64,000 nt of DNA from Octopus vulgaris. Lineage: Eukaryota. The notes beneath the pieces are model-generated. The model saw only the letters and a list, made by a program, of their open reading frames with translations, was not told the DNA's origin and searched no databases. The position numbers were made by a program, and so were the translations under genes. The stretch covers positions 14,942,001 through 15,006,000 of the forward strand of contig OX597815.1 of assembly GCA_951406725.2 (NCBI GenBank), given 5' to 3'. The stretch's first letter is position 1. Every line of letters starts with the position of its first letter. Positions 1-12,901 of the stretch are shown here, piece by piece.

Positions 1-499
1 TTTTGTTGAATGAATAAATAATCCAACATTATAAGAGCCGAGAGTTGATGAACAAACTAAATTTGTCTCATATATATATATATATATAATATTTTATTGG
101 CTAAACTGGCAAAAATGACCATTCCTACCTAACTACAACCAATATCTTGTTTCAACACATATCTGTTTCACATCAAAAATCTTGCAAAATAAATATATAA
201 ACGTAATATTTATATATATATATATATATATAAGGTATAATTTCACCTAAATAGATTGATAACTAGATAAAATCATGGTAAAATTATGGTAAAAATCATG
301 ATGAAACCCAGGCTGGTCGGGTTTTTGCAATAAAAGCGACATTGAGGTGAATTTTTTTTAGACAAAAGCCTTAAAAAAACAGACAATTAAACATAAAAAA
401 ACAAAATTATGTAAATTATATTAATAAAGAATATCAAATATATGGAAGCACAAAGGCAATTAAGCATGAATATATATGTATATCTATGTATATATTTAC

Positions 500-710
500 C
501 AATTCCATCTTTTGTGGTAAAATAATCCAAGAATGAAGTTTCGAAGAAATGAAAAAATTCAGGTTTGAAGAAAACCGATTCGAAGCGGAAGTGCTTCAAT
601 TTCACGGATTTTTACGAACGTTCACGAAGTTCACGGAGTTCACGGAGTTGCGGCCGACGACAGCCGGTCGTAAGTTACGGAAATTTCAAAACGTTTATTT
701 ATTTATTTAT
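500..710 (-). promoter_or_regulatory. Candidate promoter and first exon (M-E-L) of a second gene running out of the window to the left
   Basis: CpG-rich patch at 540-710 with ETS-like GCGGAAGTG and 9-bp TTCACGGAG repeats. On the minus strand, AAAAGATGGAATTG|GTAAAT gives an ATG at 508 and a donor after 500. Confidence 0.35.
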
Positions 711-752
711 TTATTTATTACTTTTATTTTTTCTATTTATTTGTTTATTACT

Positions 753-787
<35 letters not shown>

Positions 788-1017
788 GTTATTTATTTAT
801 TCAAAATCTCGCGCAGTAGGAAAATGTAATAGCTATGGTTTATTTGTTAACACAGCCGGGTACACACACACGCACACACATATACACACATACACACACA
901 CACACACATACACACACGCACACACACACACACACTTATATACATTTATATATATTTGCATTGTTTTATTGTTCTCTTCAGTTAGCAAAAAGTTACAAAA
1001 GTGATTGAAGGGTTTTA

Positions 1018-1424
<407 letters not shown>

Positions 1425-1839
1425 CTATATGATATATATATAATTTAATGTACACAATAAAAAAATATGAGCTGCTTGTAGTTTCTTGCATTAGGGATGC
1501 AGGTCTAGGCAGGTTGTATCCTCAAACTGTGAACATCAAATGGTAATTATTTCTCACTGGATGGAGTACATTTTTTGTTGACCTTACCTTAGCAGAACAG
1601 TAAACTATTGCTTGCGAAGACCTATTGGGGCAAGTGAAATCGAAATTGAACCAAATTCGATGACTGGCGCCTGTGCCAGTGGAGCACTAACAGCTCTATC
1701 TGAGTGGGATCACTGCCAGAGCGGCTAACTGGCTTCCGTGCCGGTGGCATGTTAAAAGCACCATTTGAACGTGATCATTACCAGCGTCGCCTTACTGGCA
1801 CGTGAAAAAACATTCGAGCGAGGTCGTTGCCAGTGCCTC

Positions 1840-2760
1840 ATAAGACTGTAACAACTTCTTGATACACTCTTGGTAATCTAGTACCTGTGTGTTACCAAGG
1901 AAACCATGAAAGGCTGACTTAAATGCTCTCGGTTCCTTTAAGGTAAGAAGTTTCTCACAGTCTTTATACTTCAGCACCTCTCAGATCTGAGGTCCAATGA
2001 AGATGCCCTCCTTGAGCTTAGCAGAACGCAGAGCAGGAAATAGAGTGCACAAGTGTTGGAAGGCAGCACCATTTTTTGTCTATGGCCTTTACGAAATTCT
2101 TCATTAAACCAAGCTTGATATGAAGAGGAAGAAGAAGCACCGGGTTCATGTCCACTAGAGGATTTTCTTGGACACTGTGTTCACCAGGCACAGAAGTACT
2201 CCAAGATCCCCCAGTCCTTCTGCTTGTAGTGCTTGGCCACAGCCCACCTGTCCCAGAGACAAAGAAAGCAACAGTACATTGTGAAGCTTGCTTGCATAAC
2301 CATAAGGAGCCCAATGACCTTGAGGTCCCCACAGAGACTCCACAAGTACTGGTACTGGTTGTACTTGACATCTTCCAAAAGGAGCTCCATATTGTTATGC
2401 GACTCTTTCAGATGGACTGAGTAGGTAATGGAAATGCTGGGGTATTTATTCCCATTGTGCAGGATCACAGCCTTCAAACTTCGTTTGGAAGATTCTGTTA
2501 AAAGATTCCAGTCTGAGGGATTGTGTAGGAAACCAAAGAAGGTGAACAAGCCAGAGACGTTTGTGCTACTGCACAAACTGTTTTCCATGTCAAAGAATGA
2601 AGCAAAGTCCTGAAACTGGTGATCCTTACATCTGCCTTCACCAGATTCCACTGCTTAAGTCAGAATGCCAGGAGTTGTATCTACTTAGATACAACTCACA
2701 GGCAAGGTCATTCGCGTCTTCCTGCTATGAAGCATGGCAGTTCACACACATGTATTGTAC
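1840..2760 (-). mobile_element. Decayed DNA-transposon transposase, probably CMC/Chapaev-3-like
   Basis: Frameshifted segments LKAVILHNGNKYPS, LCGDLKVIGLL, YCCFLCLWD and LLPLHIKLGLMKNFVKA, typical of this widespread metazoan transposase family. The superfamily assignment is from memory. Confidence 0.65.
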
Positions 2761-3239
2761 AATCTACCTTTCACTCTGAGAGGCCCTTTGTCGTCAGTAG
2801 GGGTAGAAGCTTTCTGAACTTCACCTAGGTTATTCTTATTCTAGTGGTAACACTCTCTGAGCACTACAGATTTGGTCACCTAGGTAGCGGAAACTAGCAA
2901 CTACTTCTAGTTTCTCACCCTGGCATGTGATGGAATCTGTATTCTGAGCATATGTGGTGTTTATTTCCCCTGTTCATCTGCTGCACACATGAAAGCTATC
3001 TTCCTCGTTAATCTTCTTTTGATGTTGCTGCACCTCTTATATATCCATAGCTTACACTGGGTACATCTTATGGAGTTTCTACCTACACCTTTTCTACAGA
3101 TCAAGCAGGGCTACCTACGTGAAGAGGTGTGGGATGTGTTCGCCTTCCTAATTACTAGGACTTTAGTTTTTGTGACATTGACTCAAAGGCCCTTTGATTC
3201 TAAACTTTGCTTCCACACCTGAAATTTCTTCTCTATTTC

Positions 3240-4490
3240 TAGAAGTGACTCTGCTATGAGGGCCAGGTCATCAGCATGGAGGATCTCCCAGGAGCAACCT
3301 GTCTTGAATTCCTGTTATTGCCTGGAGGACTATAACAAGAGGGGGCTGAGGGCTGATCCTTGGTGGACCCCTACTTCTACCCGGAATTCTTCACTATACT
3401 CATTGCCAACCCTAACCCTACTAGCAGCATTTTTGTATAGGGCCTGTACAGCCCTTATTAACCATTTGTCAATCCCTAGTTTCTGCATCACCCACCAGGT
3501 AAGGGATTGGGGGACCCTGTCAAAGGCTTTCTCCAAATCCACATGCTAAGTATAGAGGTTTATCTTTGGCTAGGTATTTCTCCTGCAGTTGCCATACCAG
3601 GAAAATAGCATCAGTGGTGCTTCTACCTGGGACAAAACTAAACTGCATCTCATCTAAGCATAGGCCATAATCCACACCACCAGATATTTTAAGCATCTCA
3701 GCAGGGATTCCTGATGGGCCGGGGGCTTTTCCTGGCTTCATACCCTTAATTGCTTTATCTACCAGGGTGCTGTCTATTCGGATAGCTTGTCCCTCTACTG
3801 GGTCAACATTTGGCAGGCTCTCCTCCTCCCATTCATTCTCCATGTTCAGCAGTCTTTCATAATGGCTTCTCCAAGCCTCTTTCTTTTCAAAAACATTAAA
3901 AGCAAGTGCACCATCATCCATGCAGACACATTTCTCTCCTGTAAAATCACAATTTTCTCTCACACATTGTCTTGCAATCTGAAATACTTCAGTTTTTTGG
4001 TTCTCATGTTGCTGGACAATAACAAACTTCTTATCTGCTTCTCCTTTGGCTATGTATACCTGTCACCCAGCCTCCTTGGCTATCTGGTACAGTTCCCTGC
4101 TACCCCCGCTTTTCCAGGCTTGTTTCTTTGTGCTAATGGCTTTGTCTACTGTATTATTCCACCACCACCACCACCACCACCACGTTACTCTAGGTTTGGA
4201 AGGGACTTTGCTGTCCCATAGGAATTTTCAGCTATCCTCTATGTCCGAGGTCGGTAGCTCCTCCTCCCTCTCATCAAATTTCTTGAATCTAATATTCATC
4301 CTGGGTTAGGAAATGTTCAAGGAAACCAACTGGATCTGCCTCAAAAACTGTCAGAGTTTTCTGTGATGTGACCTGTATGGTGCACTTTTGATCAGGTGTC
4401 AGAAGATATGGCAGTCACCAAGCAGAAACCTTCATCATGCCAAGTTCCTCGAGCAGAATATTCTCAACTCTCTCACAGGATATGCTAATA
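3240..4490 (-). mobile_element. Decayed RTE-clade LINE (EN/RT remnants)
   Basis: GKAPGPSGIPAEMLK, QFSFVPGRSTTDAIF, DLEKAFDRVP and GVHQGSALSPLL across frameshifts. Confidence 0.9.
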
Positions 4491-4516
4491 GCATTGGTTA
4501 TTTGATTTATAGTCAA

Positions 4517-4917
4517 CTAGCAGTATCGCCCGGCGTTGCTCGGGTTTGTAAGGGAAATAACTATATAAGCATTTTTAGAGAGTTATAGCCAAAAAATAGC
4601 AAAAAATGTATTAAAAATGGAAAGAAAATGATGGTAAATTTTTTTTAAATCGTTGACTCATCGTAGACATTTTTAGAGAGTTACTTCCCTTATATAATAG
4701 CGAAAAAATGCATTAAAATCGCAAAAATGATGGTAAATTTTTTTTTTAAAATCGTAGACTCATCGTAGACGCGCGCTAATACGCAGAAGGGCTCGATATG
4801 AATCACGACTATAAGATACCCGGTTTTGGTTAAACTGCACCGCAAAATGTGGGAGTAGTTAGGAATCTAAATCGAAGGGGACAGACACTCACACAACTAC
4901 AGTTTTATATATATAGA
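4517..4917 (-). mobile_element. Non-autonomous Helitron
   Basis: Minus strand: 5' TCTATATATAT, subterminal hairpin CCCGAGCAACGCCGGG, 3' CTAG, inserted between A and T with no TSD. Confidence 0.9.
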
Positions 4918-5090
4918 TTGCCTGTCATCCATCACCATGTGGTGAACACATTCAATGTTTTTCTTGGTTATGGGAGTTGCAGGACGTCCAGACCTTGGGT
5001 TATCTTCAAGGCTCTCCCTTCCCTTCCTAAATTCAGCTTCCCACTTTTGCACTGTTAATAAAGCTGGAGCATCATCACCTAATGCAGTAA
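4918..5090 (-). mobile_element. mariner transposase N-terminal fragment
   Basis: LGDDAP..TVQKWEAEFRKGRESLEDNPRSGRP, the mariner HTH/GRP region. Confidence 0.8.
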
Positions 5091-5101
5091 CCATCTATTA
5101 T

Positions 5102-5487
5102 GGATGGAAGCACTCCGTCGGTTACGACGACGAGGGTTCCGGTTGATCCGATCAACGGAACAGCCTGCTCGTGAAATTAACGTGTAAGTGGCTGAGCACT
5201 CCACAGACACGTGTACCCTTAACGTAGTTCTCGGGGATATTCAGCGTGACACAGAGAGTGACAAGGCCGGCCCTTTGAAATACAGGTACAACAGAAACAG
5301 AAAGTAAGAGTGAGAGAAAGTTGTTGTGAAAGAGTACAGCAGGGATCACCACCATCCCCTGCCGGAGCCTCGTGGAGCTTTTAGGTGTTTTCGCTCAATA
5401 AACACTCACAACGCCCGGTCTGGGAATCGAAACCGCGATCCTATGACCGCGAGTCCGCTGCCCTAACCACTGGGCCATTGCGCCTCC
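5102..5487 (-). mobile_element. Young tRNA-derived SINE, family A (~385 bp)
   Basis: A box TGGCCCAGTGG and B box GGTTTCGATTCC. 13-bp TSD AACCATCTATTAT at 5089-5101 and 5488-5500. Confidence 0.9.
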
Positions 5488-5866
5488 AACCATCTATTAT
5501 ACTTTAATCTCTTGCCCCCCACCAACATCGCTTGACAACCGACGCTGGTGTGTTTACGTCGACGTAACTTAGCGGTTCGGTAAAAGAGACCGATAGAATG
5601 AGTACGAAGCTTACAAAGAATAGGTCCTGAGGTCGATGTGTTCGACTAAAGGTGGTGCTCCAGCATTGCCGCAGTCAAATGACAGCAACAAGTAAAAGAA
5701 TAAAAGAAAAAAAAATATAAAATATTTAGAAGTCCACCTTAATTATCTCCCTTTACCTGGTAGATATCTTTCTTTATTTGTCGTTGCCTTCTCACTCAAC
5801 ACTTCAATGTCAGCAGCAGCCCAGGTTAAAACAACAAAGATTTCATTAAAATATTGCTTGGTAGAG

Positions 5867-6252
5867 TGGAGGCGCAATGGCCCAGTGGTTAGGGCAGCGG
5901 ACTCGCGGTCGTAGGATCGCGGTTTCGATTCCCAGACCGGGCGTTGTGAGTGTTTATTGAGCAAAAACATCTAAAGCTCCACGAGGCTCCGGCAGGGGAT
6001 GGTGGTGATCCCTGCTGTACTCTTTCACTACAACTTTCTCTCACTCTTACTTCCTGTTTCTGTTGTACCTGTATTTCAAAGGGCCGGCCTTGTCACTCTC
6101 TGTGTCACGCTGAATATCCCCGAGAACTACGTTAAGGGTACACGTGTCTGTGGAGTGCTCAGCCACTTACACGTTAATTTCACGAGCAGGCTGTTCCGTT
6201 GATCGGATCAACCGGAACCCTCATCGTCGTAACCGACGGAGTGCTTCCACCG
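5867..6252 (+). mobile_element. Young tRNA-derived SINE, family A, inverted relative to 5102-5487
   Basis: Near-identical to the previous copy. 11-bp TSD GCTTGGTAGAG at 5856-5866 and 6253-6263. Confidence 0.9.
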
Positions 6253-7027
6253 GCTTGGTAGAGAAATGTTTCTTATCCGATGAAAAAGTAGAAATCATTA
6301 GAATTGTTGTGACGATTGAAGCTTAACCCCAGGGTAGACCTAGGTTATTAGGTACTCTTGCCTTGATTATCCAGCTTTTTTTTTTATACCTATACTTTCA
6401 TTCACCAATGTACTTTGTTTTGTCTTGTTTTTTAAGTAGAGTGCGACTTGGTTTCTTCTGTTTTAGGACTACATATTCAATATGTCCCCCAATTATTAAA
6501 ATAGCGTGTTTGTAGGGGATTTGGCTGATATTTAAACAGGTTGAGGAACTACATGCTGACTTATTTATATTGGGTAGGATATGCCTTCTCTCTGATCAAA
6601 TTAAATGAATCATGTATAAGAAGTATGACATTATATGGTACAGAGAAGTAGGTTACTCAGTATGAAAGATCTGCTAAGACAAGAAACATGTTGTGATGCA
6701 CCTGAGTCTGTTGTGGTGCACCTGAGCACTGTATACAATAATTTCATTTCATTATTAAATGAAGCAGATAAGCTTTGTTGTGCATTTTTGTTTAGCCCTA
6801 AATCACGCAAATCTATGATGAAAGACAATCCAATTGTATAATTACAGCTAATTAGAAGTAATTAAAGATATAATTACTATGTTTATGTTGTATCCTCAAT
6901 TTGTCTAAACTGGGAAATTTGGGATGTATTTTATAAATACCAAGATTTTTAATGAAAGACAATCCAACCTGACTTTTTCAGTTAATCTTATGTTATTCTT
7001 CCATTAAGACAGTGTTTGCTAGAGATA

Positions 7028-7505
7028 TAATAATAATGAAATTATTGTATACAGTGCTCAGGTGCACCACAACTTGTCAAAAGTGCATATAAAGCAGATG
7101 CAGTAATGTAAAAATGTCTGGAAAGTGAACAGTGTATGAGTCAGATACATGCTTGTGTGTGTATGGAGGGGAGAAAATCAGGTGTAGTGTTGGCGAATCT
7201 CAGGAAGCATGGAAGTTTTGAAGGATGCAGTGCTCCAACAACTAACAACTGATGCCGGCAGTTTGTTCCATGCTTCACCAACTCTCAGCGTGAAAAAATG
7301 TTTCAGAAAGTCATGGGAGCTGTGCTGTTTTCTGACTTTGTAAATATGTCCACGGGTGTTAGACAGGTGGAGTTTGAAAAGGTGCTCAGAGTTATTGTTT
7401 GTACGATAGTTGATAATTTTATGGGTGTCTGCCAAGTCAGCTGCCAGATGTCAGAGTTTCAATGTGTCCATGCCCAGGGAAGTAAGGCGTTCAGGATATG
7501 GCAAA
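7028..7505 (-). mobile_element. CR1/L2-group LINE 3' end with (ATT)n tail
   Basis: NTRGHIYKVRK...FFTLRVGEAWNKLP C-terminal motif followed by a 3' UTR and ATT tail. Confidence 0.85.
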
Positions 7506-7764
7506 TGCTATTTCCAGTTAGTTCTGTTTAAGCAATCATCAAGAAGTTCCCTAATGGACTGCACTAAGCTAGAGGGACAGAGTCACGAGAATGGCTGGGT
7601 AGTAATTGTGCGAGCTGACGTATAGAGTGTAGCTGGGTAGTAAATGTGTCAACAGATGTAGAGACTGGCTGGGCAATGTGTTAGCAGATGTATAGAGAGT
7701 TTGGCTGGGTAGTTATTATGCTAGTAGAAAGCACAGATGGGCAGTAAATTTATAAGCAGGTGTG

Positions 7765-8330
7765 CTGGTGGCACGTAAAAAGCACCCACTACACTCTCGG
7801 AGTGGTTGGCATTAGGAAGGGCATCCAGCTGTAGAAACTCTTCCAGATCAAGATTGGAGCCTGGTGCAGCCATCTGGTTCACCAGCTCTCAGTCAAAATC
7901 ATCCAAGCCATGCTAGCATGGAAAACGGACGTTAAACGATGATGATGATGATGGTGCCAGTGAACGTAAAAAGCCCCCACTACACTCTCGGAGTGGTTGG
8001 CATTAGGAAGGGCATCCAGCTGTAGAAACTCTGCCAGATCAAGATTGGAGCCTGGTGCAGCCATCTGGTTCGCCAGTCCTCAGTCAAAATCGTCCAACCC
8101 ATGCTAGCATGGAAAGCGGACGTTAAATGATGATGATGGTGCCAGTGGCACGTAAAAAGCACCCGCTACACTCTCGGAGTGGTTGGCATTAGGAAGGGCA
8201 TCCAGCTGTTGAAACTCTACCAGATCAAGATTGGAGCCTGGTGCAGCCATCTGGTTCGCCAGCCCTCAGTCAAAATCGTCCAACCCATGCTAGCATGGAA
8301 AGCAGACGTCAAACGATGATGATGATGATG

Positions 8331-8375
<45 letters not shown>

Positions 8376-8535
8376 CTCGGAGTTGTTGGCATTAGGAAGG
8401 GCATCCAGCTGTAGAAACTCTTCCAGATCAAGATTGGAGCCTGGTGCAGCCATCTGGTTCGCCAGCCCTCAGTCAAAATCGTCCAACCCATGCTAGCATG
8501 GAAAGCGGACGTTAAATAATGATGATGATGATGAT
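7765..8535 (+). mobile_element. Four tandem ~190-bp copies of the (GAT)n-tailed RTE-related non-autonomous element (family G)
   Basis: Repeated GGCATTAGGAAGGGCATCCAGC...CCATGCTAGCATGGAAA..GGACGTTAAA(GAT)n. Further copies at 1608-1840, 8700-8957, 9315-9560, 15750-16005, 20603-20828, 21008-21408, 22137-22360, 23005-23260, 32000-32357, 35430-35766 and 35996-36225. Confidence 0.85.
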
Positions 8536-9564
8536 GTATAAAGCCTGTGGTTGAGTCGCATGTCAACAGCTGCAGAGAATGTTGTTGGGAAGTAAATGTA
8601 GAAAGTGAAACTTATAGCGAGTGGATGAGCAGATTTAGAGAGTGAGATGGTTGTATGTCAATGGAAGTTGAGGGTGGCAGGATTGTGATGACGCAAATGC
8701 ACGTGCCGGTGACACGTAAAAAGCACCAACCAATCGTGGCCGTTGCCAGCTTCCCCTGGCACCTGTGCCGGTGGCACATAAAAAGCACTCACTACACTCA
8801 TGGGGTGGTTGGCATTAGGAAGGGCATCCAGCTGTAGAAACACTGCCAGATCAGACTGGAGCCCGGTGAAGCCTCCTGGCTTCCCAGACCCCTGTCAAAC
8901 CGTCTAACCCATGCTAAGCATGGAAAACGGACGTTAAACGATGATGAGGATGATGACTGGCAGAAGTATGAAAGAAAACTGGCTGAACTGGTTGGTGAGG
9001 GCATGTAATGTCAATGGACAAAAGATGCTGGCTGAAAAAAATGCAATGTGCCATCAGTGCAGGGTATTCATGGAAGAGGAAGATATAGGAAAAATTGGCG
9101 ACACTATCAGATAAATTATAAAATTCTAAAATTGTCTGATATGAAGTGCAGTAGATTCATCCAACCCATATTAACCTGGAAAAATACACATTAAAATATT
9201 GACAATGAAATGAAAAAAAATAATTGATCTTTTAATGGAAGTGGCAACATAACAGGCATGATCTTTTGACATACTATGCATTAATATAATCATCATCATC
9301 ATCATCATCATCATCGCCTGGCCCCCGTGCCGGTGACACGTAAAAGCACCATCCGTTTGTGGCCGTTTGCCAGCTCCGTCTGGCACGTAAAAAGCACCCA
9401 CTACACTCACGGAGTGGTTGGCGTTAGGAAGGGCATCCAGCCGTAGAAACACTGCCAGATCTGACTGGGCCTGATGCAGCCTTCCGGCTTCACAGACCCC
9501 AGTTGAACCGTCCAACCCATGCTAGCATGGAAAACGGATGCTAAATGATGATGATGATGATGAT

Positions 9565-10110
9565 AATAATAAAAATAATGAAATTATTGTATACAGTGCT
9601 CAGGTGCACCACAACTTGTCAGAAAGTGCGTATAAAGCATATGCAGTAATGTACAAATATCTGGGAAGTGAACAGTGTATGAGTCAGATACATGCTTGCG
9701 TGTGTATGGAGGGGAGAAAATCCGGTGTAGTGTTGGCGAATCTCAGGAAGCATGGAAGTTTTGAAGGATGCAGTGCTCCGACAACTAACAACTGATGCCG
9801 GCAGTTTGTTCCATGCTTCAGCAACTCTTAGTGGGAAAAAATGTTTCCGAAGGTCATGGGAGCTGTGCTGTTTTCTGACTTTGTAAACATGTCCACAGGT
9901 GTTAGACAGATGGAGTTTGAAAAGGTCCTCAGAGTAATTATTGCGTGTGTATGGAGGGAAGAAAATCAGGTGTAGTGTTGGCGAATCTCAGGAAGCATGG
10001 AAGTTTTGAAGGATGCAGTGCTCCAACAACTAACAACTGATGTCGGCAGTTTGTTCCATGCTTCAGCAACTCTTAGCATGAAAAAATATTTTCGAAAGAC
10101 ATAAAGAACT
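9565..10110 (-). mobile_element. CR1/L2-group LINE 3' end with a partial tandem duplication
   Basis: Same sequence as 7028-7505. The segment 9697-9860 is repeated at 9942-10110. Confidence 0.85.
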
Positions 10111-10284
10111 GTATAACTCAGCATCATCAATTTCTACATTTGCTTTTCCAAGCGAGTTTAGACTATTTCCACACTCTGTCTTGCCACTTGTGTTCCTTTG
10201 TCCGAGTTCAAACCTTACTATTTCTTCACACTCAAAACATGTCCACTCCAGTGCAGTTTTCTTTCTACAATTGATAAACCGCTT

Positions 10285-10820
10285 ATACTCTTTACTCTTT
10301 TACTTGTTTCAGTCATTTGACTGTGGCCATGCTGTTGCACCGCCTTTAGTCAAGCAAATCGACTTATTCTTTGTAAGCCTAGTACTTATTCTATCCATCT
10401 CTTTTGCCGAGCCGCTAAGTTACGGGGACGTAAACACACCAGCATCAGTTGTCAAGTGATGTTGGAGGGACAAACACAGACACAAACACATACACACATA
10501 TATATACATATACATATATACGACGAACTTCTTTCGGTTTCCGTCTAACCCTGATGTAATCTCCAGGGATACAGGCATCCAGCAACAGGACCTCCGTAAT
10601 GCCATGATGGACCGTGAAGTCTGGCGTAGCATGGTAAATTCCATTGTCTTGACCACGGTTGAACAATGATGATGATGATTCCGTCTACCAAATCCACTCA
10701 CAAGGCTTTGATCGGCCCGAGGCTATAATAGAAGACACTTGCCCAAGGTGCCACGCAGTAGGACTGAACCTGGAACCATGTGGTTCGTAAGCAAGCTACT
10801 TACCACACAGCCACTCTTGC
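10285..10820 (-). mobile_element. CORE-type tRNA SINE (family C, similar to octopus OR SINEs) carrying a nested LINE tail
   Basis: Head TGGCTGTGTGG..GGTTCAGTCC, CORE-like CACCTTGGGCAAGT, central (TA/TG)n, tail (AAAAGAGT)n. Confidence 0.85.
10548..10678 (+). mobile_element. 5'-truncated RTE-like LINE 3' end nested in a SINE
   Basis: Encodes ...DLRNAMMDREVWR, ends in (TGA)n, 9-bp TSD TTCCGTCTA at 10539-10547 and 10679-10687. Confidence 0.8.
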
Positions 10821-11437
10821 TTATTTTTTTTTTTTTATTACCAAAGACTGCTTCGGCTCCATTGTTCATACACATCAACATTACAAGAAAATTTGACAAC
10901 AAAGCTTTATAAAAAACCCAAACAATAGTTACGTTAAACTGCAGTTTTTTATTCTTTACAGGTATTTTTTCCTTTTTTTTTCACAATTTAACATTAGATT
11001 GTCACCAGTTTTTGAAACAACTTCTTTTGTTTCTCTTTTATTTCTCTCTCTTTAGGAGACATCCTAGGTGGTAGATTTCGTAAGATTTTCTTAATGGGAT
11101 ACAATTAGTGTAGCTGTATCTTTAGTATTAAGAAACTAATTGTAACTTTAGAACAGGTTTTTTACTGCTATACATATATATACACACATATATATACATA
11201 GATACATGCATATATATAATATTCTATATACATACTTATATAAATATACACAATCAGGGAGGGAGGTTCTCTCAAGAAACAGCAGCATCAAGCTAAATTC
11301 ACTCTTTGTCATCTATCTACTTACTGGTCTACACATCTTTCTTGAAAGGTCCCATTATCCAAATATTTCTCTAGCCCTTTGAAGAAATTTCACCTGTCTA
11401 CTAGATCAGTGAGCAATGAAGAACTTTACCTCCTTAA

Positions 11438-11658
11438 CCCTTTTGCATTCAGATTATTCTGTCAAAATGTAAAGCTTATGTATTCACACCATGTAAAATT
11501 AATCTTGCATCATTTCATGGCTTTGAGATTTCAATGATGTGATTGTTTATTTTTAAAATGACACAATAAGGTAGCTATGAATGACCATATATGACTAGTT
11601 TGAACATAAAATAGGGAGAATATTTTGGCCGGATATGGCCGGTTTAAACACTAAAGGG
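11438..11658. mobile_element. piggyBac-like MITE
   Basis: TTAA|CCCTTT...AAAGGG|TTAA termini. A related fragment lies at 20424-20600. Confidence 0.7.
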
Positions 11659-12666
11659 TTAAACCTTGACCATTAGAACCATAAGACATCCTGTAACGGC
11701 TAGGAGGGTGATATACTCTGATGTTGACATAACTCATGTAAGAAACATACTCACTGATGTATCATTAGATACAGGATTCTACCCTTCCTTACAAAAGTCT
11801 ATTTAATTGGTTTACATATTCAGTTATGTAATGTGAAATTTCTTCTGTTAAGGATAATGAGGTTATAGGAGGGAAACGGAATTATTAACTTTCAACAAAG
11901 AGTATCCATAATTAAGGCAACATATTTAGGAAAATGAGAAACTCTAAGAGAAAATCGGTACAGAGTAGACAATGCTGCATGTTCTGGCAACATGAATTCT
12001 TCTACATGTGTTAGACATAGCTCGTTCCAGTATCACAAAAGCTGGTATAAGGAAGGGAATTCAGCATGAACCATTGAGCTACACAAACAATCCAGAATAC
12101 AGATGTATGTGAAAGACAGAGATTACAAAATGACTCTTTACATATCTTAGAGTAGAGAACTACCAAAATGCAGAAATTCTCACAAACAAAAGAATTCTAT
12201 TTCTTGAAAATGCATAACCCTTATTATCAAACATTTTATTCATTCATTGGTGAGCAGTGCCTTGACAAATTAGTAAGTCTTCACTGTGGGATCACATAAA
12301 ACAAGACAATGAATAGGATTCTAATCATTGTCATAAACCATTCGCACAGTTGAACAATACAATGGCATCTGCTCATAGAACTGAACAAAATGGTAATGCA
12401 TACTCATGTGCTAAGCAGGATACAGGAATTCATTTCACCTTGCTCTTTGATTCCTACATGTTTATGCAAATCACACACACACACAAACTGTAAAACTTAG
12501 TGATCCTCTAAATAAACCATTCATAAAAGCATTTCTAAGTCTACCAATTAATGGTCAGTAGGTTTTTTGAATATTTGCAAGAGGCACAAGTTAGAGGTGT
12601 TTCTTTTTGTGGGAGGAATTTTTGAAACATATTTAGTCTGAGGTGGAAGCAATTCTGCTGAAATAT

Positions 12667-12901
12667 ATTTATTTCTTTACTACCCACAAGGGGCTAAACA
12701 CAGAGGGGACAAGCAAGGACAGACAAACGGATTAAGTTGATTACATCGACCCCAGTGCGTAACTGGTACTTAATTTATCGACCCCCGAAAGGATGAAAGG
12801 CAAAGTCGACCTCGGTGGAATTTGAACTCGGAACGTAACGACAGATGAAATACGGCTACGAATTTCGCCCGGCGTGCTAACGTTTCTACCAGCTCGCCGC
12901 C
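12667..12901 (-). mobile_element. tRNA-headed SINE family M, monomer, in the putative 3' UTR
   Basis: GGCGGCGAGCTGG head, B box GAGTTCAAATTCC, central GCCTTTCATCCTTTCGGGG..TCGATAAA domain, end AAAGAAATA. Confidence 0.9.

Noticed and set aside
5867-5945. tRNA gene
   Set aside because: The A/B boxes belong to a SINE head that continues into a body and is flanked by a TSD. The same applies to families C and M.
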